IMG/VR virus record: IMGVR_UViG_2681813320_000018
Coordinates: 1-7,184 of that record
Source of the DNA: a virus
Lineage: Duplodnaviria > Heunggongvirae > Uroviricota > Caudoviricetes
Length of the DNA: 7,184 nt
Direction: 5' to 3' (one strand)
Shown here piece by piece: positions 1 to 6,024 of the stretch. A program made the translations under genes and the position numbers. Every line of letters starts with the position of its first letter. Positions within the stretch are counted from its first letter, which is position 1. The notes beneath the pieces were generated by a model. The model searched no databases, was not told where the DNA came from, and saw only the letters and a program-made list of their open reading frames with translations.

Positions 1-20
1 GATTCAGGGGGTGACGTGTC

Positions 21-761
21 ATGAAAAACATTGCGGCAGTTGGGGTTCTTGAACGTATTCGCAGACTTGCACCACAGGGGTCGGTTCCACCGTACCGTAC
101 GGTGGCGGAGTGGCGGGAATGGCAGCTTGCTGAAGGGCGTAAGCGCAGCGAGGAGGTTAATCGTCTGAATCATCAGACGCGGGTTGAAAAAATTATTAAC
201 CGCTCCGGTATCCAGCTGCTTCACCGGAAGTGTACGTTCGGTAACTACCGGGTGCAGAACGATGGTCAGCGCCATGCCCTGAGTCAGGCGAAATCCATTG
301 CGGCAGAGCTGGAAGGCGGCTGTACGAATTTTGTTTTCAGTGGCAGGCCTGGCACAGGAAAAAACCACCTGGCGGCGGCTATTGGCAACCACCTTCTGGC
401 GAAAGGTCGCAGTGTGATTGTGATAACAGTGGCGGATGTGATGCTGGCGTTACATGGCAGCTACGACAACAAAAACTCGGGCGAAAAATTTTTGCAGGGA
501 TTGTGTGGCGTTGACCTGCTGGTACTGGATGAAATTGGCATGCAACGGGATACGCGTAATGAGCAGGTCACGCTGAATCAGATTGTTGACCGCAGAACGG
601 CATCGTTACTCAGTGTGGGGATGCTGACAAATCTTAACCATGCAGCGATGAATACACTTCTCGGCGAGCGGGTGATGGACCGCATGTCCATGAACGGTGG
701 TCGCTGGGTGACGTTTAACTGGGAGAGTTGGCGTCCGAACGTCAGCCAGCACAGGAACTGA
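21..761 (+). CDS. DnaC-like replicative helicase loader (phage replication protein, AAA+ DnaC/IstB family)
   Basis: 246-aa ORF from the track. Walker [16 protein letters not shown] and Walker B LLVLDEIG are in the order and spacing typical of DnaC and lambdoid DnaC-like proteins. SD-like CAGGGGG at 5-11 precedes ATG 21. Co-directional with the downstream phage genes. Confidence 0.85.
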   Translation: MKNIAAVGVLERIRRLAPQGSVPPYRTVAEWREWQLAEGRKRSEEVNRLNHQTRVEKIINRSGIQLLHRKCTFGNYRVQNDGQRHALSQAKSIAAELEGGCTNFVFSGRPGTGKNHLAAAIGNHLLAKGRSVIVITVADVMLALHGSYDNKNSGEKFLQGLCGVDLLVLDEIGMQRDTRNEQVTLNQIVDRRTASLLSVGMLTNLNHAAMNTLLGERVMDRMSMNGGRWVTFNWESWRPNVSQHRN

Positions 762-790
762 GAAGTAATTTTTATCCGGAGGAAGTTTTA

Positions 791-1561
791 ATGGAAACCG
801 TATTGCATGCACTGAAAGCGATGGGTAAAGCCAATTCTGTTGAACTGGCGGCGCGGCTTGATATCAGCCGTGAAGAAGTTCTCAACGAACTGTGGGAACT
901 CAAAGAAAATGGCGTTGTTGATAAAACGGGTCACACCTGGTTTCTGGCTGGTGAAGGTGAATCCGGGGTAACCGAAGAACAGCCAGCACAGTCTGAAGTA
1001 CCGGATGTGCTGACCGGGGAGGTCGAACAAAAAGTTACCGCGGACATGATGATTGAGTTTATCTGTCAGGATGGGGCTAAAACGTGTGAGGAACTGGCGG
1101 ATAAGTTCGGTGTTAGCATTCGCAAGGTTGCTTCCACGTTGGCGGTCGTAACAGCAACGGGGCGCCTGGCACGCGTAAATCAGAACGGTAAATTTCGTTA
1201 CTGCATGCCGGGCGATAATTTACCAGCAGAGCCGAAAGCCGCGCTGGTAACGGAAAGTGATGGTAAGGCCTTTCCTCAGCCAGCAGGTGCTGCGTTACCA
1301 GGCCGGGAAGCCGCAACACAGGAAGAAATTAAAACAGAAACTGTGGCGGACATTGTGCAGTCGTTGCCATCGTTTACCGAAACGCAAGCAGATGAGCTGA
1401 TTTTTCCGTCCCTGCGCAGGGCAAACCTGGCGCTGCGCAGGGCGAAAAGTGATGTTCAGAAGTGGGAGCGAGTCTGCGCCGCGCTGCGGGAGCTGAACAA
1501 GCACCGGGATATTGTTCGACAGATTACTGATTCTTCCCGCCGTGTTGTATCGGAAAAGTGA
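791..1561 (+). CDS. hypothetical prophage protein with two winged-helix-like repeats (nin-region-like)
   Basis: Track ORF 728-1561. Start moved to ATG 791 because GGAGG at 778-782 sits 8 nt upstream and the DnaC-like gene stops at 759-761. Two internally similar modules (..[30 protein letters not shown].. and ..[31 protein letters not shown]..) resemble wHTH DNA-binding domains. No specific family recognised. Confidence 0.6.
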   Translation: METVLHALKAMGKANSVELAARLDISREEVLNELWELKENGVVDKTGHTWFLAGEGESGVTEEQPAQSEVPDVLTGEVEQKVTADMMIEFICQDGAKTCEELADKFGVSIRKVASTLAVVTATGRLARVNQNGKFRYCMPGDNLPAEPKAALVTESDGKAFPQPAGAALPGREAATQEEIKTETVADIVQSLPSFTETQADELIFPSLRRANLALRRAKSDVQKWERVCAALRELNKHRDIVRQITDSSRRVVSEK

Positions 1562-1576
1562 TTGCCGGAGGCGCTT

Positions 1577-1999
1577 ATGGCAAAAGTATTTACACAAGAA
1601 GAGCGGGAAAAAATTAAGGGGCAGGTTGTTGAACTCGTGCGCCAGAATGGGCGCGAGACGTTACGACAACTTGAAGCTAAGACAGGTGCGACAAGATATT
1701 TAATGAGCGTTCTCGCCAGAGAGCTGGTTGCCAGTGGCGATGTATATAACTCCGGCTACGGGCTATTTCCCTCTGAACAGGCTCGTAAGGACTGGCAAAA
1801 CGCCCGCAAAAAACTCTCAAGGGCAAAGCTGAAGAAACCATCTGCGGTTGATCCGGACCTTATCTGGTCATTACCAGATGGCGAAATACGCCGCTACGAC
1901 AGGCGTCTGAACATAATCTGTCTCGAGTGCCGGAAGAGCGAAGTTATGCAGCGCGTACTGGCGTTTTATCAGGGGAATTTTGAGGAGGTGGTGCGGTGA
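1577..1999 (+). CDS. hypothetical prophage protein (single winged-helix-like module)
   Basis: Track ORF 1562-1999. Preferred start is ATG 1577, preceded by GGAGG at 1567-1571 (5-nt spacer). Contains a module (ETLRQLEAKTGATRYLMSVLARELVASGDV) similar to the two in the upstream gene. Stop TGA at 1997-1999 overlaps the next start. Confidence 0.6.
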   Translation: MAKVFTQEEREKIKGQVVELVRQNGRETLRQLEAKTGATRYLMSVLARELVASGDVYNSGYGLFPSEQARKDWQNARKKLSRAKLKKPSAVDPDLIWSLPDGEIRRYDRRLNIICLECRKSEVMQRVLAFYQGNFEEVVR

Positions 2000-2250
2000 G
2001 TGAATCAAAATGCCAGGTTAATGGCAACAAGATAGAACCATGTGCAGCACTGGCAAAGTCCCTTGAGCATGATGCTGAATACACGATGCGAAAAGGTCTG
2101 CTGATATACAAAATCTGGAATGAGAGTTTAACTCGCGGTCCTGATTTTGTGATGTTGCGTTCCGGTGAATTTTCTAAATTACCAGTTCGGGTTTCATTTT
2201 GTCCGTTCTGTGGTGAAAGTCTGAAAACGTGGGAGAACAGAAATGAATGA
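1996..2250 (+). CDS. hypothetical small prophage protein, possible zinc-ribbon (C-x2-C near C-terminus)
   Basis: 84-aa ORF. GTG start at 1996 overlaps the upstream stop (GTGA), with GAGGAGG at 1982-1988. Cys residues at positions 6, 16, 69 and 72 (CPFCGE). Translational coupling supports it as real. Confidence 0.5.
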   Translation: MSESKCQVNGNKIEPCAALAKSLEHDAEYTMRKGLLIYKIWNESLTRGPDFVMLRSGEFSKLPVRVSFCPFCGESLKTWENRNE

Positions 2251-2554
2251 AATTAAAGAAATACCAGTAGTACGTGATGAATATGGCTGCTGGACGCATC
2301 CTGAATATGAAAAATTCTGTGACGGTCGGGAATATATTTCAACGGAAGAGTTTAACGCCTGGATGGAGGAAAATAATCTTCAATACGTCCTCTGCTTCAG
2401 AGATGAAGGATGTGCTGACCTTGATGCGTGTGATGCTGATATTTCTGCATGGGAACCGGAACGACCAGAGGGCAATGGATGGTTTATTGGTTCAATACAT
2501 GACACCGAAGATGGCCCGGTTTGTGTATGGCTGAGAAATAAGGCCGAAGCATAA
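2243..2554 (+). CDS. hypothetical acidic small prophage protein
   Basis: 103-aa ORF. ATG 2243 overlaps the previous stop (ATGAATGA at 2243-2250). Acidic, Cys-containing, no recognised motif. Last gene before the composition drops. Confidence 0.55.
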   Translation: MNEIKEIPVVRDEYGCWTHPEYEKFCDGREYISTEEFNAWMEENNLQYVLCFRDEGCADLDACDADISAWEPERPEGNGWFIGSIHDTEDGPVCVWLRNKAEA

Positions 2555-2585
2555 AGGCTATAAACCGACTAACAACTAAATACTG

Positions 2586-2620
2586 AGGATTTAAATCAGA
2601 AACGATTTTTATTAAATCCT
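2586..2620. repeat. 9-bp perfect inverted repeat AGGATTTAA / TTAAATCCT with 17-bp spacer
   Basis: Read directly: aggatttaa at 2586-2594 and ttaaatcct at 2612-2620. Lies in the intergenic gap at the left edge of the AT-rich block, about 65 bp upstream of the Q-like gene start. Confidence 0.5.
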
Positions 2621-2686
2621 TAACCGGAGGGATTCCTGCACCCTCAAATCATCAGGAGGCCGCCAGAAAGGGCGGTGGAGATAATA

Positions 2687-3208
2687 ATGGGAATAACTAA
2701 AGAACGATTGTTGGAAATAGCAAACCTTAGTGATTGGGCATTAAGTGATGAGAGAATTGTTTCTCCTCATGCTTATGAGTCAGTTACAAGTATAGAAATA
2801 ACAACAATGGCTAGAATGCTGCTTGGTTATTTCAAAATAGAAAATAAAAAACAGATGGATAGTAATGTTGATATATGTGAGATTTTAGACGATTGGGGGG
2901 CTTGGGTTGTGGCTGGTAATAGTTCTATTGATTGGCAGGAAATAGCTGATAAATATAAAAATGTTGTTCCTCATGGTAAAAAATCACGTCGTCAGTGCAG
3001 CAATGATGAAGGGCGAATTATTGACATTAGTATCCTTAGGTTAGAAAGATATAAGCAACAAGAATATGAGTTAATTGTTGCTCATTTCGTGATTGGTTTA
3101 TCTCTTCGTGCTATTGCAAAGCAACAAGGATGTTCAGATGGAACAATTCGTAAAAGATTGCAAAAAGCCTTAGGTTTTTTGACTGGATATATAGCAATTA
3201 CCAGTTAA
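2687..3208 (+). CDS. Q-like antitermination protein homolog (QuuD/Phage_antitermQ-like C-terminal region) with ~60-aa N-terminal extension
   Basis: Track ORF 2675-3208. Preferred start is ATG 2687, with GGAG at 2677-2680 and a 6-nt spacer. Motifs DDWGAW, SRRQCSNDEG and HFVIGLSLRAIAKQQGCSDGTIRKRLQKALG match what I recall of E. coli cryptic-prophage Q proteins of the QuuD type (from memory). The C-terminal segment also resembles a sigma-70 region 4 / LuxR-type HTH. AT-rich like the adjacent operon. Confidence 0.55.
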   Translation: MGITKERLLEIANLSDWALSDERIVSPHAYESVTSIEITTMARMLLGYFKIENKKQMDSNVDICEILDDWGAWVVAGNSSIDWQEIADKYKNVVPHGKKSRRQCSNDEGRIIDISILRLERYKQQEYELIVAHFVIGLSLRAIAKQQGCSDGTIRKRLQKALGFLTGYIAITS

Positions 3209-3846
3209 GAGTCAGCGGTTTTTTTACCAGTGTAATGGTATAAGGATACTCCCATGTGTCTTACATGATATGGAAGCGCTGTTGCTGGATGCTTTGTGAT
3301 ACTCTTAAAGCGGAGGGGAGAGCCTTCCGCTTCAATTTCTGCGTCCGAAACGGTCGTAGAGAAAAATTCTTTCCATTCATTGAATTTTACTGCTGATTTG
3401 TCAGACTTTATATAAATTAGAATTCCTCCATGATCGTCACGTGACGTACCCGTGCCGTAACGTTCGGTTAGCTGAATCCAGCCATTATGAATAGATTTGG
3501 GGCCTCTCCATAATTTTGCTTCACCGATCCATTCGAATTTTCCGAATTGATGTTTAACTAATAAATCAACGTGACCGCCATGTTGAGTATCATGTTCAAC
3601 ATCATAAAACCTACCTTTCAGGAAATTTTTGATCGACGCTGTTAGCTCGTCCTCTCCCCACTTAGCATCTTGATAGAAGTGTTTGTCATTTTCTAAATTC
3701 TGAATAGCGTCGTCTAAATCTTCATAGAGTTGCTTTACAAAAATATTTTTGTCTGCAGCTAATTTTCTTTGAACCATTCCCCTAAATTCAGGATCCATTC
3801 TAATTAATGATTGAAGGTCTGCAGTACAGATGTTTACATCACTCAT
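3205..3846 (-). CDS. hypothetical protein, putative PD-(D/E)xK-type nuclease (third gene of minus-strand operon)
   Basis: Track ORF 3205-3909. Preferred start is ATG at 3846-3844, with GGAGAG 5 nt upstream on the - strand, overlapping the upstream gene's stop by 8 nt (ATGAGTGA). Motif YDVEHDTQHGGHVDLLVKHQFGKFEWIGEAK gives E83, D94, E109-x-K111, consistent with a restriction-endonuclease-like core. The 3' part of the gene (about 3205-3500) is nearer 52% GC while the 5' part is about 35%. Confidence 0.55.
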   Translation of the reverse strand: MSDVNICTADLQSLIRMDPEFRGMVQRKLAADKNIFVKQLYEDLDDAIQNLENDKHFYQDAKWGEDELTASIKNFLKGRFYDVEHDTQHGGHVDLLVKHQFGKFEWIGEAKLWRGPKSIHNGWIQLTERYGTGTSRDDHGGILIYIKSDKSAVKFNEWKEFFSTTVSDAEIEAEGSPLRFKSITKHPATALPYHVRHMGVSLYHYTGKKTADS

Positions 3847-4267
3847 GCAGACTCTCCAAAAGACTCGAAGGAGTAAAGTATGGATAAAGATACTGGCTAA
3901 AATTATCAACCAATTCGCCAGTTTCTGGATGGTAAAAACTTCCTGTGTCTAAAGCATAGGAAATAAGATCATCTTCAACTGGTATTGGTTCTTCCGTTAA
4001 ATTATCAATGTATTGAAAATGCATATCCAATAGATGTGCTTTATAGCTAGATAAATAATCAGTTGCTTTTATTAGCAGGATATAGTCATCTTTCGTATCA
4101 GTTAGATAGGTTAAACCATTGATAAGGGTTTTGTATGTAAAGTGATTGATATTTTTAGCATCTTTACTAACCAGAAAAAGAAAAAGATCACGACACACAC
4201 TGCGAACAGGATCATTAAAATCCTGCTCTATTTGCGTGATAATGTCGTGATATATACTCTTTTTCAT
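3839..4267 (-). CDS. hypothetical protein (142 aa), middle gene of minus-strand operon
   Basis: ATG at 4267-4265 overlaps the upstream gene's TGA (ATGA overlap). Its stop overlaps the next start. AT-rich coding with an acidic C-terminal half. No recognised motif. Confidence 0.55.
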   Translation of the reverse strand: MKKSIYHDIITQIEQDFNDPVRSVCRDLFLFLVSKDAKNINHFTYKTLINGLTYLTDTKDDYILLIKATDYLSSYKAHLLDMHFQYIDNLTEEPIPVEDDLISYALDTGSFYHPETGELVDNFSQYLYPYFTPSSLLESLHE

Positions 4268-5355
4268 TTATGGCCTGATGATCTCGCTCTTCTTTTCTCT
4301 TCACAGGACTTAACAGAATCCAATATTTTTTCAACAATAAATATAATCGAATCAATGTTGTTACAGTTCTTCGCAATTGCTTCATGCAACCTAATTCTAG
4401 GATTATCAAGCATTGTCCTTTTTCCTGGTAATATTAACTCTACTGATAAAATATGTGAAGAACTTTGTGGTAAATCCCAAATTTTTCCCAACTTAAACTT
4501 TGTCAATATTGGGCTTGCGGACTCTCCACTATGATGGTAAACATCTTGACGCAAACACTTTTGACTTGGTTTGAGTTTTAAAGAACTTGTATTGCCATCT
4601 GAGGTGATAAAAGATACATGAGAAATTCTGCCATCTACTTTTTCGTAAAGATCTTGTATTGAACCAAATAATTCAAGAGGATTGTTTAAAATAACGCCAG
4701 CTTCTTTTTTTATAAATTTAGCCACAAGGTATTGTTGAGGCTGTGATTCACTTCTTGGAAGGATAGATAAATCAATCGTAAGAATTAATATTTTTTCTGC
4801 AGGCATTAGCATGATGGTATTAAAGCATTGCGTGACTTGGCGTGTTTTGCATTTTATTTCTCCACCATTAGCACGTAATTCCATACCCGCATCGCTAAGA
4901 TGTGTTGGGTCAAGCTCTATCACTTCAGTGTAATACGCTTTGGATAAAAAAACAGCAGTGTCAATTTGTTTATCACGAATGATATCTTGACGTAGTTCAG
5001 CAAAATGCAGCTCAGTATCAGCAACTAACAGCTCCTCTCTGGATAAAGGAGTTGGGTATTTTTCTGAGAAGGGGCTATTGTCCTTTTTCTGATTTGTGAA
5101 AATTGTTTGTAATTTTGCTACGTCTTCATCGGTGATTCTATAAATAGAAAGTAATCGATTCCCGCTAAAAATTAAACCTTTCCAGAAATCGTCGATTCTG
5201 TCTTTTAGGTCGGGATTATGCTGAACTACACTATTTACACGTTCAATAAAAAGGGGTAATCCTTGGGCCGTTACACCCAGTGATGAACCAAGAAGCTTAC
5301 GGGTGTTGCGCCAGCCAAAGCGTGAATTGATGTTTTTTACTGTTTGCTCAAGCAT
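4264..5355 (-). CDS. hypothetical protein (363 aa), first gene of minus-strand operon
   Basis: Track ORF 4264-5361 begins at a GTG. Preferred start is ATG at 5355-5353, preceded on the - strand by AAGGAAG (5-nt spacer). Long uninterrupted AT-rich ORF. No Walker A/P-loop found on manual scan and no family recognised. Confidence 0.65.
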   Translation of the reverse strand: MLEQTVKNINSRFGWRNTRKLLGSSLGVTAQGLPLFIERVNSVVQHNPDLKDRIDDFWKGLIFSGNRLLSIYRITDEDVAKLQTIFTNQKKDNSPFSEKYPTPLSREELLVADTELHFAELRQDIIRDKQIDTAVFLSKAYYTEVIELDPTHLSDAGMELRANGGEIKCKTRQVTQCFNTIMLMPAEKILILTIDLSILPRSESQPQQYLVAKFIKKEAGVILNNPLELFGSIQDLYEKVDGRISHVSFITSDGNTSSLKLKPSQKCLRQDVYHHSGESASPILTKFKLGKIWDLPQSSSHILSVELILPGKRTMLDNPRIRLHEAIAKNCNNIDSIIFIVEKILDSVKSCEEKRRARSSGHK

Positions 5356-5400
5356 TAACACTTCCTTAATTTTCCCTTAACAATTTAGGGTGCTAAACTT

Positions 5401-5440
5401 TTTTGCGCAGTTTACATAAAAAAATAGTGCGTACGCAAAA
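5401..5440. promoter_or_regulatory. operator-like dyad: 10-bp perfect palindrome TGCGTACGCA inside an imperfect 9-bp inverted repeat (TTTTGCGCA ... TACGCAAAA)
   Basis: Read directly: tgcgtacgca at 5428-5437 is self-complementary; arms at 5401-5409 and 5432-5440 match 8 of 9. Located 45-85 bp upstream of the minus-strand operon start, in the AT-rich divergent intergenic region. Function is inferred. Confidence 0.3.
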
Positions 5441-5496
5441 ACTATCTAACATGATGAGCTTTAACCGGGAAATTTGTATATGTTGTGAGCATAAAG

Positions 5497-5525
5497 TTGG
5501 CTGAGAAATCTAAAACGGGTAGAAT
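5497..5525 (+). promoter_or_regulatory. candidate sigma-70 promoter for the hok-family transcript (-35 TTGGCT, 17-bp spacer, -10 TAGAAT)
   Basis: TTGGCT at 5497-5502 and TAGAAT at 5520-5525 with a 17-bp spacer. Predicted start near 5532 gives a leader of about 170 nt before the hok ATG, in line with the long structured leaders of hok-family mRNAs. Confidence 0.3.
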
Positions 5526-5701
5526 GACTGCGGGTGCTTGAGGCTATCTGTCTCAGGCATGAACACCAAAAGGCAGATAGAGAAAAGCCCCAGTTAACAT
5601 TACGCGTCCGGCAAGACGCTTAACATTAATCTGAGGCCATATCTATGCTCTACACACGTAGGTTAGCCTCTTACGTGCCGAAAGGCAAGGAGAAGCAGGC
5701 T

Positions 5702-5857
5702 ATGAAGCAGCAAAAGGCGATGTTAATCGCCCTGATCGTCATCTGTTTAACCGTCATAGTGACGGCACTGGTAACGAGGAAAGACCTCTGCGAGGTACGA
5801 ATCCGAACCGGCCAGACGGAGGTCGCTGTCTTCACAGCTTACGAACCTGAGGAGTAA
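5702..5857 (+). CDS. hokD: Hok/Gef-family type I toxin (HokD/RelF-like, 51 aa)
   Basis: MKQQKAMLIALIVICLTVIVTALVTRKDLCEVRIRTGQTEVAVFTAYEPEE carries the Hok-family signature (hydrophobic TM helix, LVTRKDLCE, TGQTEVAVFTAYE) and matches my recollection of E. coli HokD (unverified). GGAG at 5690-5693 precedes ATG 5702. The track ORF starts at an in-frame upstream ATG 5645, judged not the toxin start. Confidence 0.85.
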   Translation: MKQQKAMLIALIVICLTVIVTALVTRKDLCEVRIRTGQTEVAVFTAYEPEE

Positions 5858-5927
5858 GAGACCTGGCGGGGGAGAAATCCCTCGCCACCTCTGATGTGTC
5901 AGGCATCCTCAACGCACCCGCACTTAA

Positions 5928-5953
5928 CCCGCTTCGGCGGGTTTTGTTTTTTT
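5928..5953 (+). terminator. rho-independent terminator (CCCGC-UUCG-GCGGG stem-loop plus U-tract)
   Basis: Perfect 5-bp GC stem at 5928-5932 and 5937-5941 with a UUCG tetraloop, followed by TTTTGTTTTTTT at 5942-5953. Lies 70 nt downstream of the hok stop. Confidence 0.7.
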
Positions 5954-6024
5954 CTGGCATTCTGGTTTACAATTCGCACGTCAGCCTGAACACCTGACAC
6001 CTGCTGCGCCAGCAGAGAAAACAG

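Larger units (their letters stand above)
2555..5460. other. AT-rich accessory (moron-like) block: Q-like gene plus convergent three-gene operon
   Basis: Hand-counted 60-bp samples: 2701-2760 about 37% GC, 4261-4320 about 38%, 4681-4740 about 30%; flanks 241-300 about 57% and 6301-6360 about 58%. Boundaries coincide with intergenic gaps (2555-2686 and 5356-5500). Boundary coordinates are approximate. Confidence 0.6.

Noticed and set aside
728-790. Upstream in-frame extension of the second gene (track start 728, [21 protein letters not shown])
   Set aside because: It would overlap the DnaC-like gene by 34 nt and has no SD. ATG 791 has a GGAGG at ideal spacing.
606-1597. Four minus-strand track ORFs (606-812, 788-1030, 1113-1319, 1295-1597) and the plus-strand ORF 1512-1703
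   Set aside because: All lie inside, or out of frame with, the well-supported plus-strand genes (DnaC-like, 791-1561, 1577-1999). They have no SD-supported start and are typical antisense or alternate-frame artefacts of GC-rich coding sequence.
2274-2534. Alternate-frame ORF of 86 aa inside gene 2243-2554
   Set aside because: Fully nested in another frame of a gene whose start is translationally coupled to its upstream neighbour. No SD of its own.
2807-2857. Internal Met starts (ATG 2807 or ATG 2855) that would give a shorter, QuuD-length Q-like protein
   Set aside because: Neither has an SD (A-rich upstream only), whereas ATG 2687 has GGAG at 6-nt spacing and the upstream codons show the same composition as the rest of the gene. 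The N-terminal extension is therefore kept, but this is uncertain.
3847-3909. N-terminal extension of the nuclease-like gene (track ORF starts at 3909, MIILASIFIHTLLLRVFWRVC)
   Set aside because: It overlaps the 3' end of the upstream gene by about 70 nt and is hydrophobic low-complexity. The internal ATG at 3846 has a strong GGAGAG SD and a coupled-overlap geometry.
4142-4534. Plus-strand ORF 4142-4534 (130 aa) and minus-strand ORF 4215-4409 (64 aa)
   Set aside because: They overlap the minus-strand operon genes in other frames or on the antisense strand. AT-rich sequence produces long spurious ORFs, and the translated products are low-complexity.
2620-5468. Shared 8-mer TTAACCGG near both edges of the AT-rich block (2620-2627 and 5461-5468) as a possible target-site duplication
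   Set aside because: An 8-bp match between two 150-bp regions is expected by chance at appreciable frequency, and no adjacent integrase, transposase or terminal inverted repeats are present.
5645-5701. Upstream in-frame ATG 5645 as the Hok start (70-aa track ORF)
   Set aside because: Hok-family toxins are about 50 aa and begin at the MKQ(Q/H)K motif. ATG 5702 has its own SD, and the upstream 19 codons are better explained as leader or a mok-like coupling frame.
5966-5994. Possible promoter TTTACA-17-AACACC upstream of the rem-like ORF
   Set aside because: The -10 candidate lacks the invariant TA...T positions. The gene is more likely expressed by read-through or antitermination from upstream.
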